Assembly: GCA_030040775.1 (NCBI GenBank)
Contig: JASHTB010000122.1
Span: forward strand, 1-46,072
Reading direction: 5' to 3'
DNA: 46,072 bases
Source: Thermoplasmata archaeon
GTDB lineage: Archaea > Thermoplasmatota > Thermoplasmata > Lutacidiplasmatales > UBA184
Shown here: positions 8,497 through 15,939 of the stretch, in pieces
How positions within the stretch are numbered: the stretch's first letter is position 1
Layout of the letters: each line of letters starts with the position of its first letter
Made by a program: the position numbers and the translations under genes
The notes under the pieces: model-generated
Told to the model about the DNA's origin: nothing
What the model saw: only the letters and a program-made list of their open reading frames with translations
Databases searched by the model: none

Positions 8497-8961
8497 ATGC
8501 CGACTCCGCCCCAGTCTTCCGGGACCCGGGTACGTCCCTGGCCGGTAGAGCGCCGGTTCTACGTACCGTACCACGACATCGACGTCCAGGACCACTTGAA
8601 CCACGCCGCCTACTTTCCCTACATGGAGACGCTACGCTGCGACTACTACCTCCCCCTCCTCGGCTCGCACGACCCGACGAAACTCGACATCATCATCGCC
8701 GAGGCGAGCTGCCGGTACCTCGCCGAGGTCACCTACGGCTCGGAGCTCCTCGGAGAGGTCGCTCCGGCGTCTCCGCTCGGACGAACGAGCTTCACGCTAC
8801 TTTACCGGTTCACGATCGCGGGCACGGCCACGGTCTCGGCCCGCGGCCGGACGGTGCTCGTCTGCTACGACTACGAGAGGAGCGAAAAGAAACCGATACC
8901 GCCCGAGCGCCGCTCCCGGCTACAGCGGGACCTCGTTGACCCGGCGAGCGAAGGCTGGTAG
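8497..8961 (+). CDS. Hotdog-fold acyl-CoA thioesterase (4HBT/YbgC type)
   Basis: RRFYVPYHDIDVQDHLNHAAYFPYMETLRCDYY is a typical 4HBT N-terminal signature. 154 aa. Confidence 0.8.
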   Translation: MPTPPQSSGTRVRPWPVERRFYVPYHDIDVQDHLNHAAYFPYMETLRCDYYLPLLGSHDPTKLDIIIAEASCRYLAEVTYGSELLGEVAPASPLGRTSFTLLYRFTIAGTATVSARGRTVLVCYDYERSEKKPIPPERRSRLQRDLVDPASEGW

Positions 8962-9024
8962 GGATTTCCACTGGAAACAGGGGGGTGGGGGGGCCGCAGG
9001 GTGTATACCCCAGAGCCGGAACCC

Positions 9025-9318
9025 TCAGTACGCCGGGTGGATCGCGTCGTTTCGTGGGAGCGGGGGAGGCCACGGGATCGGCTCGATGAACGCCGGATCG
9101 TCGCGGACCGTCTCGACCCGGTAGAGGACCCCGGTCCCCTTGAGCGCCTCGCGAACCTGAAGGAGGCGTCGGTGGAACTCCTCTTCCGTCTGCCACTCGA
9201 ACGCGAGGTCGTGCGGTCCGATGATGAACGAGAGACCGGCCTCCTTCTTGAGACGCTTTGAGATCTCGAGCGGCGAGAGGCTCTCCGCGCTGAAGTATAG
9301 GTCGACGTAGCTGTGCAT
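9025..9318 (-). CDS. Hypothetical small protein (97 aa)
   Basis: ATG start and a protein-like composition (MHSYVDLYFSAESLSPLEISKRLKKEAGLSFIIGPHDLAFEWQTEEEF...). I recognise no family. Confidence 0.55.
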   Translation of the reverse strand: MHSYVDLYFSAESLSPLEISKRLKKEAGLSFIIGPHDLAFEWQTEEEFHRRLLQVREALKGTGVLYRVETVRDDPAFIEPIPWPPPLPRNDAIHPAY

Positions 9319-9411
9319 CGGCGCGAAAGTGTAGAGAGAAACGCGAGGACGGTCTACTTAAATCTGAGGCCCGGGACAGCGAGGTCAGCGCTCCGGTTTC
9401 GGTGGCGGCGT

Positions 9412-9722
9412 GCTAGGCCAGCAGGATTGCCGTTCGGACGGACCCCGCGGTGACCCCGGGTGCTCCTCAGCCCCGTCACCCCGCCAGCGTCGACGGGTCA
9501 CGGTAAGGCTGCTCCCGTCAGGACCTGACCCGTTGTCCGTGATGGATAACCGCTAGAGCGCTCCTCCGAGCGCCCGTCGCGGTGCCCGCGGCCCAGCGGA
9601 ACAGAGCGTCGACGGAACACCTCGAGACGTGGAATCCGCCCGAACGTCGCTCCTGCCTGTCACCCCCGCTAAGGACGGTTTCGGTGTGTAAGGGGACGCC
9701 CAACCCCCCGGTCTAGCCTAGC
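9412..9722 (-). ncRNA. Signal recognition particle RNA (archaeal 7S RNA), about 311 nt
   Basis: The minus strand reads GCUAGGCUAGACCGGGGGGUUGGGCGUCCCC... (archaeal Alu-domain 5-prime end). It contains GGUCAGGUCCUGACGGGAGCAGCC (conserved helix-8 SRP54-binding motif, plus-strand 9507-9530). It ends in CUGCUGGCCUAGC, which pairs with the 5-prime end for 7 bp. The ends are approximate. Confidence 0.85.
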
Positions 9723-9814
9723 GTACCGAAGACGACAGGACTGCTACATAGCCCTTCGTCTTTCGGGTGGAATATTCCCCCGGGCCGGCTTCCGCCGTCC
9801 GGGTCGCGTCCTGC

Positions 9815-10438
9815 TCACCGTCGCCCCCGGCCCTTCAGCCGTCCTGGAGGGCGGGCGCTCGCACGCCTCTTCGGAACGCTCACCCCGAGGTGCCCCAAGA
9901 GGCGGTGGTACTCGGTTCGGGTGACCCAGAAGACCCTGAGGTACTGTCGGAGATAGCCATCGGGAACGCCAAGCCGACGGGCCTCTCGAAGCGAGAACGC
10001 GTACCCTTCGATCTCCGTCGGTCGGTCGACGTACGGAACGGCGAGCCCGGGCCAGAGCTCGCGCCCGTCCTTTCGCTGGAGGATGTGGAGGAACTCGTGA
10101 AGGACGTCGAGATATACGTCGAGGACAGGGCTCTCCGTCAGGTGAGCGCGGGCGACGACGATCTCCTCCTCGGGGCTGGTGATCATCTCGAAGCCCGCCG
10201 CCCGGATCTCGGCGGGGACGGTTCGCGGGGCGAGGTACATGTAGCCCCGGCCGTCGTAGATCCGTGCGAAGCTCGTCCGGGCGACCTCCCGGTTGGTTTC
10301 GAGCACTCCCGGGTAGTCGCGGAAGGGAGGCACGTCGGTGAGCCCCCCGAACACGTCGAGCAAGGGATACTTTCCCGCGGGCTTCTCGCGGTCGAGCCGG
10401 AACGCGTCGGGGACCGGAAATCGGCCTCGACCTTCCAT
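9815..10438 (-). CDS. Putative zinc metallopeptidase (HExxH)
   Basis: The HEFLH motif is at plus-strand 10085-10099, with a downstream acidic EIEGY. I chose ATG 10438 because the upstream part of the ORF overlaps the preceding gene. Family unknown. Confidence 0.6.
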   Translation of the reverse strand: MEGRGRFPVPDAFRLDREKPAGKYPLLDVFGGLTDVPPFRDYPGVLETNREVARTSFARIYDGRGYMYLAPRTVPAEIRAAGFEMITSPEEEIVVARAHLTESPVLDVYLDVLHEFLHILQRKDGRELWPGLAVPYVDRPTEIEGYAFSLREARRLGVPDGYLRQYLRVFWVTRTEYHRLLGHLGVSVPKRRASARPPGRLKGRGRR

Positions 10439-10485
10439 CGCCCTCGGCCCCGAAACCTCCCTCCGGCGCGGTCGTCCGTCGCCCG

Positions 10486-10833
10486 TCAGACCTCGGCCGT
10501 CGAGCGAGGGAAGACGGCGGGCGAGAACCTGACGGCCCCGGCCGGGACCGTCCAGGAGAAGCACCGGTAGGTCAGTTGGCCGGCCTGCACGAGCGGGTCG
10601 GCCTCGGCGAACCGCTCTACCTCCTCCGGGCTCTCCCGGAAGATCGCGAGGCCCCGGGTCGCCGGGTCGGGCCCGCCGACGAACGGCCCGGCGGCGAGCA
10701 GGTGACCGTCCTCGTGCAGCTTGGCAAGGTGGGCGAGGTGCGCGTCCTGGAGCCGGTCCGCCTCGGGTCCCTCCGCGAAAGGAGCCTCCCGTCGCCGCAC
10801 GAGCAGGCCTACCGTGAACTCCTCGAAGCGCAT
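10486..10833 (-). CDS. YciI/YCII-related domain protein
   Basis: The pattern DAHLAHLAKLHEDGHLLAAGPF...GLAIFRESPEEVERFAEADPLVQAG is YCII-like. ATG 10833 fits the AT-rich box at 10858-10867. Confidence 0.7.
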   Translation of the reverse strand: MRFEEFTVGLLVRRREAPFAEGPEADRLQDAHLAHLAKLHEDGHLLAAGPFVGGPDPATRGLAIFRESPEEVERFAEADPLVQAGQLTYRCFSWTVPAGAVRFSPAVFPRSTAEV

Positions 10834-10857
10834 GCGCGCGCCGAGCCCCCGCCCTCT

Positions 10858-10867
10858 CAAAATGATT
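10858..10867 (-). promoter_or_regulatory. AT-rich TATA-like box for the YciI-like gene
   Basis: The minus strand reads AATCATTTTG, 25-34 nt upstream of ATG 10833. Confidence 0.4.
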
Positions 10868-10916
10868 CTCCTGTTCCCGCGACCGCCGGGGGCCTGTCGG
10901 CCGACTCGTCCACGGG

Positions 10917-13187
10917 CTAACGGATGTGCTCGAGGCTGAACGAGCCGAGGTTGAACGCGCGCTTGCTGAACGTGTATCCGACCCAGGCCCGGGCCTGCGC
11001 CTCGCCGAGGCCCCTGACCGCGAGGAACGTCTTCATCTGCTCGACCTTGAGGTTGAGCGACCCGTCGACCATGTGCTCGAGCGTCTCGAGGTCCGACTCC
11101 GAGTGCATCCCGCTTTCCAGGACGTAGTAGCCCACGGCCCCGTCGAGCTTGCGGCGACCGATGAACGGCTGAAGGAACCGGAACGAAGAGGCGGTGTCGA
11201 GCATCGCGGTGACGGTCGAGACCGACTCGAAGATGAGCCGATACGTCGGGAACTTCTCCTTGAGCTCCTCGCCGAAACCGGTGACGGTCTGGGCGAGCTG
11301 GTCGAGCACCCCCTTGTCGCTCGGCGAGAGCAGGCGGACGATCGGGCTCGACTGGGCCACCCCGACCTGGCGCGAGTAGAGGTCGACGTAGCGGACCATC
11401 GCCTTCTTCTCCGCCTCGGGAAAGCCGGGATACAGGGCCGCGAGGTCGTCCCGGACCTGCTGGTAGGTCTTGTCGGTCACGACCCAGATCGACGGGATCC
11501 CGGTCCGGAGCCCCTCGATGGAGAAGAGCCGGGCGAGCGTGTCCTTTCCGGTGTGGGACGGGCCGTTCAGGAGGACCTGGCTCCCGGGCGAAAACCCTCC
11601 GTACAGGAGGTCGTCCAGGCGCCGGATGCCACTCTTCACCTTCACCTCGGCCCCGGTCGCGGTCGCCTCCTCGCGCGCCTGGTGTGCCTCGGCCGCTCCC
11701 TCGCCGGCCGCGCTCATCGCTTCGAGGTCCGCGAGACGGGTCGCGATCTGGCTCTCGCGCGCTCGGAGCTCCGCCTCCTTCTGGGCGAGCTCGCGACGCA
11801 GCTCGTAGAGCCGACGCGTCTCGTCGGTCGCGATGCTCGTCCCGGTCGTCGCGACCTCGCGCCGGACCTCCTCGAGTCGGCGGGCCTCGATGTCGAGGGC
11901 CTGGCGCCGGGTCCCGAGCTGCTGCTCGGACTGGGCGAGGTCGCGCTCACGGACCTCGATCGGGCCCCGGCGGCGCTCGAGCTCCTCGGCGCTCAGACGG
12001 ATCTCCTCGAACCGGGAGCGAAGCTCGTTCTCGCGGGAGATGAGGTCCTTCTCCCGCTGGCTGACCTCGTCGAGCCGGCGGGTGAGCTCCTCGGCCAGCG
12101 GGGCGCGCTGCTGGGTGAGGAGCGCCTCGCGTTCCTTCGCGCGCTCCACTTCCCCGGCGAGGCTCCGCATGTCTCCCTCGAGCTGGACGATCCGACGGCG
12201 CAGTTCCGTCTCCCGCTCGACGTACTCGGCCTCGCGCCCCGTGAACTCCTCGCGCAGATGCTGCTCGAGCTCGCGCTGGGTCCTCTCGACGTCCTCGGAC
12301 CGGGACGTCGCCCGCTCCGCGCCGTTCGCCCCCGACGCACCGCCGGACCCCGGCGCCGACCGGGGCGCCCCCACCCCCTCGAGAGCGAGCATGCGGAGCT
12401 TGAGCTCGGCGATCTCATCCTCCTTGGCGCGGAGCGCGACCTCGCGCTCCTTGGCCTCCCGGGACCGGACGTACTTGATGACGGCGATCGAGCCACGCTT
12501 CACGTGCTCGACCTCGTCCTCGAGCGTCTTGCGCTTCGTGCGCTCGTCGTAGAGCTGCCGGTGGAGGTCCTGAACCTCCTGGATCATCGACGACGGGTCG
12601 AACTGGTCGGTCTTCACCCGGTCGAGGAGACCGGTGAGCCACCGAACGACGGTCTCCTCCCGCTCGAGGATCGGGGCGGGGGTGCCCTCTCCGGCCGGCC
12701 GGACGGCCGGCCCGGCCTCTGCGGAGACCGGAGCGGACGGCACGACCGGAGCCGTGGAGGCCGGCTCGCTAGAACGGATCCAATCCTCCATCGCGTGGTC
12801 GTCCCCTTCGACCCATTTCCTCAGCACGTCGGCCGACTCCTTCGGCGCGGCCGGCAGTTTGCGTCGCCGCGAGCGCTCCGGGCGACGGACCGTCCCGACC
12901 CATCGCTCGACGATGCGGTCGGAGTCGACGGTCGCTTCGGGCGCGGCCGCCTCGCCCGCCGAGGGCGTGACGCGATGAATCCGGGCGACCTCCTCGGCCG
13001 GGATCCCGGCGCGGTCGAGGTCGGCCGCCGAAGCCTCCCGGGCCGACTCGGGCGAGGTCAGGCCGGCTCCGAGCAGCCGTTCGGCCGTGTCGGGCCGCAC
13101 CCCGAGCGCGCGCGCGAGGTCGTCCGCGGTCCAGGAGTTCTGGGACCCCGGCCGGGCCGAAGAAGCGCCTGAGGTCGATCCGTCCAT
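10917..13187 (-). CDS. HhH + long coiled-coil + C-terminal KaiC/RecA-like (COG0467-type) domain protein (756 aa)
   Basis: The N-terminus has LGVRPDTAERLLGAGLTSPESAREASAADLDRAGIPAEEVARI (helix-hairpin-helix-like). About 300 aa of E/R/L-rich heptad-like sequence follows. The C-terminus has GIRRLDDLLYGGFSPGSQVLLNGPSHTGKDT (P-loop, plus-strand 11538-11564) and RLIFESVSTV. Confidence 0.8.
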   Translation of the reverse strand: MDGSTSGASSARPGSQNSWTADDLARALGVRPDTAERLLGAGLTSPESAREASAADLDRAGIPAEEVARIHRVTPSAGEAAAPEATVDSDRIVERWVGTVRRPERSRRRKLPAAPKESADVLRKWVEGDDHAMEDWIRSSEPASTAPVVPSAPVSAEAGPAVRPAGEGTPAPILEREETVVRWLTGLLDRVKTDQFDPSSMIQEVQDLHRQLYDERTKRKTLEDEVEHVKRGSIAVIKYVRSREAKEREVALRAKEDEIAELKLRMLALEGVGAPRSAPGSGGASGANGAERATSRSEDVERTQRELEQHLREEFTGREAEYVERETELRRRIVQLEGDMRSLAGEVERAKEREALLTQQRAPLAEELTRRLDEVSQREKDLISRENELRSRFEEIRLSAEELERRRGPIEVRERDLAQSEQQLGTRRQALDIEARRLEEVRREVATTGTSIATDETRRLYELRRELAQKEAELRARESQIATRLADLEAMSAAGEGAAEAHQAREEATATGAEVKVKSGIRRLDDLLYGGFSPGSQVLLNGPSHTGKDTLARLFSIEGLRTGIPSIWVVTDKTYQQVRDDLAALYPGFPEAEKKAMVRYVDLYSRQVGVAQSSPIVRLLSPSDKGVLDQLAQTVTGFGEELKEKFPTYRLIFESVSTVTAMLDTASSFRFLQPFIGRRKLDGAVGYYVLESGMHSESDLETLEHMVDGSLNLKVEQMKTFLAVRGLGEAQARAWVGYTFSKRAFNLGSFSLEHIR

Positions 13188-13280
13188 AGGGAGGGGGTGG
13201 TACTAGCGGCGCGAGGGGTCTTAAGCGCTGGGTCGGGGGCGCGCGCTCCCTCGGCCCCTCTCGGGCAGCCCGGGCGTGCG

Positions 13281-13288
13281 ATAAATAG
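13281..13288 (+). promoter_or_regulatory. TATA box for tyrS
   Basis: ATAAATAG lies 20-27 nt upstream of GTG 13308, implying a leaderless transcript. Confidence 0.55.
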
Positions 13289-13307
13289 CGCGGGCCCTCA
13301 CCGGGCC

Positions 13308-14369
13308 GTGGACGTCGCGGAGCGGGTCGCCCGAGTCACGCGGAACACCGAGGAGGTCGTCACCCTCGAAGAGCTCTCGGCCCTCTTCGCCCGCGAGAGC
13401 CGGCCCCGATCGTACATCGGGTTCGAGCCGTCCGGTCCGTTCACGGTCGCTCACCTGATCACGATCCGCAAGGTCCTCGACCTCGTGGACGCCGGGTGCG
13501 ACGTCACGGTGTTCCTGGCCGACTGGCACGCGTGGATCAACGACAAGCTCGGCGGCGACCTCGAGCGGATCCGGGCCGCGGGCCGCACCATGCAGGCGAC
13601 GTTCGAGGCGTACGGAGCCGGCCCCGAGCGCGTCCGGTTCCGATGGGCCCACGAGCTCGTCGCGTCGTCCGACTACTGGGCTCGGGTCGTCCGGGTCGCG
13701 AAGGCGACGAGCCTCGCCCGCAGCAAGCGGGCGATGTCGATCATGGGCCGGGGCGAGGAGGAGGTGAACCTCGACACCTCGCGCCTGTTCTACCCGGCGA
13801 TGCAGGCGGCCGACATCTTCGAGCTCCCGGTCGACCTCGCCTACGGCGGCATGGACCAGCGGCGCGCCCACGTGCTGGCGCGGGAGGTGGCCCACCACTA
13901 CGGCTGGCCGGTGCCGACCGCCATCCACACCCCGCTGCTCTCCTCTCTCACCGGAGGCGGCCGGATGGACCCGGTGGAAGGTCGACTGGAAGGCAAGATG
14001 TCGAAGTCGGACCCCCGCTCGGCGATCCCGATCCCGTCCTCGAGCGAGGAGGTCGCCGCGCGGATCGCCCGGGCGTTCTGCCCGGCGAAGCAGCTCGAGG
14101 GAAACCCGGTGATCGAGGCGGTCCAGTACATCGTCTTTCCGTGGGAGGGTCGGCTCTTGGTCGAGCGGGCCGCAAAGCACGGCGGACCGCTCGCGCTCTC
14201 CGACCCCGCGACGTTCACGAAGGCTTGGACGAAAGGGGAGCTCCATCCGCAGGACCTGAAGGAGGCGGTCACCGCCTCCCTCGACCGACTCCTCGAGCCG
14301 GCGCGGCGGTACTTCCGTGCGCATCCGGAGCTCTCGCCCGCCCCTGCGGACCCTCCCCGGACCTCGTGA
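13308..14369 (+). CDS. tyrS: Tyrosine--tRNA ligase, archaeal type
   Basis: SYIGFEPSG...VAHL, VFLADWHAWINDKLGGDLERI and GKMSKSDP (KMSKS) are present. By recollection it is collinear with Methanocaldococcus TyrRS (YPAMQAADI, GGMDQRRAHVLARE, EGNPV). GTG 13308 fits the TATA box. Confidence 0.9.
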   Translation: MDVAERVARVTRNTEEVVTLEELSALFARESRPRSYIGFEPSGPFTVAHLITIRKVLDLVDAGCDVTVFLADWHAWINDKLGGDLERIRAAGRTMQATFEAYGAGPERVRFRWAHELVASSDYWARVVRVAKATSLARSKRAMSIMGRGEEEVNLDTSRLFYPAMQAADIFELPVDLAYGGMDQRRAHVLAREVAHHYGWPVPTAIHTPLLSSLTGGGRMDPVEGRLEGKMSKSDPRSAIPIPSSSEEVAARIARAFCPAKQLEGNPVIEAVQYIVFPWEGRLLVERAAKHGGPLALSDPATFTKAWTKGELHPQDLKEAVTASLDRLLEPARRYFRAHPELSPAPADPPRTS

Positions 14370-14391
14370 GAACGGCTTGGCGCGCCGGCAT

Positions 14392-14400
14392 CCTTAAGTA
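14392..14400 (+). promoter_or_regulatory. TATA-like box for the L7Ae-S28e-L24e operon
   Basis: CCTTAAGTA lies about 75 nt upstream of ATG 14471, implying a leader of roughly 45 nt. GAGG at 14463-14466 serves as the SD. Confidence 0.4.
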
Positions 14401-14470
14401 TCTCGCGCCTTCCGACCGGCCCCACCCGTGAGCCGAGGACCCCCGCGGGGTTCCGCTGACGCGAGGAACC

Positions 14471-14842
14471 ATGGCGCGACCGATTTACGTACGGTTTGAG
14501 ACCCCGAGTGACGTTGCCGACAAGGCCCTGCAGCTCGTGCAGGTCGCGAGCGAGACCGGGAAGGTGCGCGTCGGCACGAACGAAGTGACGAAGTCGAGCG
14601 AGCGTGCTGAAGCCAAGCTCGTCGTGATGGCCGAGGACGTCGACCCGGTCGAGATCCTCGTCCACATCCCGATGCTCTGCGAGGAGAAGCGGATCCCCTA
14701 CCTCTATGTCCCGAAGAAGCAGCGGCTGGGACAGTCGGCCGGCCTCACGAAGTCGGCGGCCAGCGTGGCGGTCGTGGAGCCCGGCGAGGCGAAGGGCCTC
14801 CTGGACGAGCTCACGAGCACCTTTCCCACGCTGAAGAAGTAG
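14471..14842 (+). CDS. rpl7ae: 50S ribosomal protein L7Ae
   Basis: RVGTNEVTKSSERAEAKLVVMAEDVDPVEILVHIPMLCEEKRIPYLYVPKKQRLG is the classic L7Ae/L30e fold signature. Confidence 0.95.
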   Translation: MARPIYVRFETPSDVADKALQLVQVASETGKVRVGTNEVTKSSERAEAKLVVMAEDVDPVEILVHIPMLCEEKRIPYLYVPKKQRLGQSAGLTKSAASVAVVEPGEAKGLLDELTSTFPTLKK

Positions 14843-14875
14843 GTCGTCCGGCGGCGGAACGGTCGAGGTCGCACG

Positions 14876-15088
14876 ATGCCGGAGGAGAAAGGTTCGCCGG
14901 CCGAGGTCGTCGAGCTGGTCGGCCGGACCGGGATGGCCGGCGAGGCGACCCAGGTGAAGGTCCGGGTCCTCGCCGGGCGCGACCGGGGCAAGATCATCAC
15001 GCGGAACGTGGCAGGCCCGATCCGTCTCGGAGACGTCCTCATCCTGCGGGAGACGGCGCGCGAGGCCCGGAAGCTGTCGGTCCGCTAG
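14876..15088 (+). CDS. rps28e: 30S ribosomal protein S28e
   Basis: [63 protein letters not shown] lies about 9 nt upstream. Confidence 0.95.
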   Translation: MPEEKGSPAEVVELVGRTGMAGEATQVKVRVLAGRDRGKIITRNVAGPIRLGDVLILRETAREARKLSVR

Positions 15089-15100
15089 GGGCGCGCACCG

Positions 15101-15586
15101 ATGGTCGTCAAGCGTCAGTGCTCGTTCTGCGCGGCCGAGATCGAGCCGGGGACCGGCACGATGTTCGTCAAGCGGGACGGGACCGTCTTCCACTTCTGCT
15201 CCTCTTCCTGCCGCAAGCAGCAGCTCGAGCTCGGGCGCGTCGGCCACCGGTTCAAGTGGACCCGCGCGCACGCGCTCAAGATCGCGGCGGACCGCTCCTC
15301 CGCGGAGAGGCCCTCTGTCGCCGCCGCGCCCCGAGGACCGACGACCGCGAAGCAGCCGGCGCGCGCCCACGCTCCGTCGCGGGCCGGGGCGGCCGCCGGG
15401 GCGAAGGAGGCCACCGGGACGAAGGCGGCTGCCTCCGCCGAGGTAGCCGCGCCCGCTGCGACGCCTCCCTCTGAGCCGGCCGGACCTCCGGCCGAGGCTC
15501 CTGCTCCTTCGGAGGAGAAGCCGAAGCCGCGCGCCCGAACCCGGAAGAAAACGGCAAAGCCTCCTGAGAAGGCCGACAAGGAGTAG
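15101..15586 (+). CDS. rpl24e: 50S ribosomal protein L24e with a long low-complexity C-terminal extension
   Basis: CSFCAAEIEPGTGTMFVKRDGTVFHFCSSSCRKQ is the L24e zinc-ribbon core (about 60 aa). An A/P/K/E-rich tail of about 100 aa follows. Confidence 0.9.
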   Translation: MVVKRQCSFCAAEIEPGTGTMFVKRDGTVFHFCSSSCRKQQLELGRVGHRFKWTRAHALKIAADRSSAERPSVAAAPRGPTTAKQPARAHAPSRAGAAAGAKEATGTKAAASAEVAAPAATPPSEPAGPPAEAPAPSEEKPKPRARTRKKTAKPPEKADKE

Positions 15587-15634
15587 CGGCTACCATCGCC
15601 GGCCCATCCTCCAGCGTGCGCGTCCACGAGAATC

Positions 15635-15642
15635 GGTAAACC
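15635..15642 (+). promoter_or_regulatory. TATA-like box for the Cas4-like gene
   Basis: GGTAAACC lies 25-32 nt upstream of ATG 15667. The same GGTAAAC core occurs upstream of the gene at 36836. Confidence 0.4.
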
Positions 15643-15666
15643 TTCCCGCGGCCGGTTTCGGCCTCG

Positions 15667-15939
15667 ATGGCCGCGGACGACCGCTGGACCTCTCCCTCCG
15701 AGCTCGCGGACTATGCCTACTGCCCCCGGTCGCACTGGTACGGTAGGCGCCCACCGCCCGGGGGACCGAGCGGCGGGTCGACCGAACGCAGCCGGGCGGG
15801 GCTCCGATACCATCGACGGGTGCTGACCGCGGAACGCCACCGTTCGGAGCGGGGGACGGCCTATTGGGCCGGGGTCGTCGTGGGCGCGGTCCTCGTGCTC
15901 GTCGGGTTCGTATGGGTCCTTTCGTACTTTCGCTCCTAG
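15667..15939 (+). CDS. Cas4-like nuclease, N-terminal fragment (first Fe-S cysteine) with a C-terminal TM helix (90 aa)
   Basis: SELADYAYCPRSHWY matches the Cas4/DUF83 N-terminal Y-x-x-CPR-x-x-W/Y motif (Cys codon 15721-15723). The fragment ends with the hydrophobic YWAGVVVGAVLVLVGFVWVLSYF and then TAG at 15937-15939. Confidence 0.6.
   Translation: MAADDRWTSPSELADYAYCPRSHWYGRRPPPGGPSGGSTERSRAGLRYHRRVLTAERHRSERGTAYWAGVVVGAVLVLVGFVWVLSYFRS

Noticed and set aside
9221-9293. A box C-like ATGATGA (9221-9227) and a box D-like CTGA (9290-9293) about 62 nt apart on the plus strand, suggesting a C/D box sRNA.
   Set aside because: There are no internal D-prime/C-prime boxes and no terminal stem. The ATGATGA is simply the complement of the Phe-Ile-Ile codons of the well-formed minus-strand ORF 9025-9318.
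9518-9703. A 61-aa ORF on the minus strand.
   Set aside because: It lies entirely within the SRP RNA gene, and its frame is a by-product of the structured RNA sequence.
10926-13172. A 748-aa ORF on the plus strand, antisense to the coiled-coil/KaiC-like gene. Similar long shadow ORFs occur at 5579-8548 (+), 33723-35843 (-), 344-1807 (-), 7080-8498 (-) and 13898-15370 (-).
   Set aside because: Their products are L/E/R/G/P- or R/G/P-dominated low-complexity strings without motifs. The opposite or alternative frame in each case encodes a protein with clear family signatures. Long stop-free antisense frames are expected in high-GC DNA.
14426-14470. Possible L7Ae-binding K-turn in the L7Ae mRNA leader. 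GUGA (14428-14431) and CUGA (14456-14459) flank a GGACCCC/GGGGUUCC hairpin. L7Ae autoregulation through a leader K-turn has been reported in archaea.
   Set aside because: When I paired it by hand, the tandem G.A pairs can form, but I could not build the required canonical C-stem next to a 3-nt bulge in either orientation. It is not claimed without a proper fold or covariance test.
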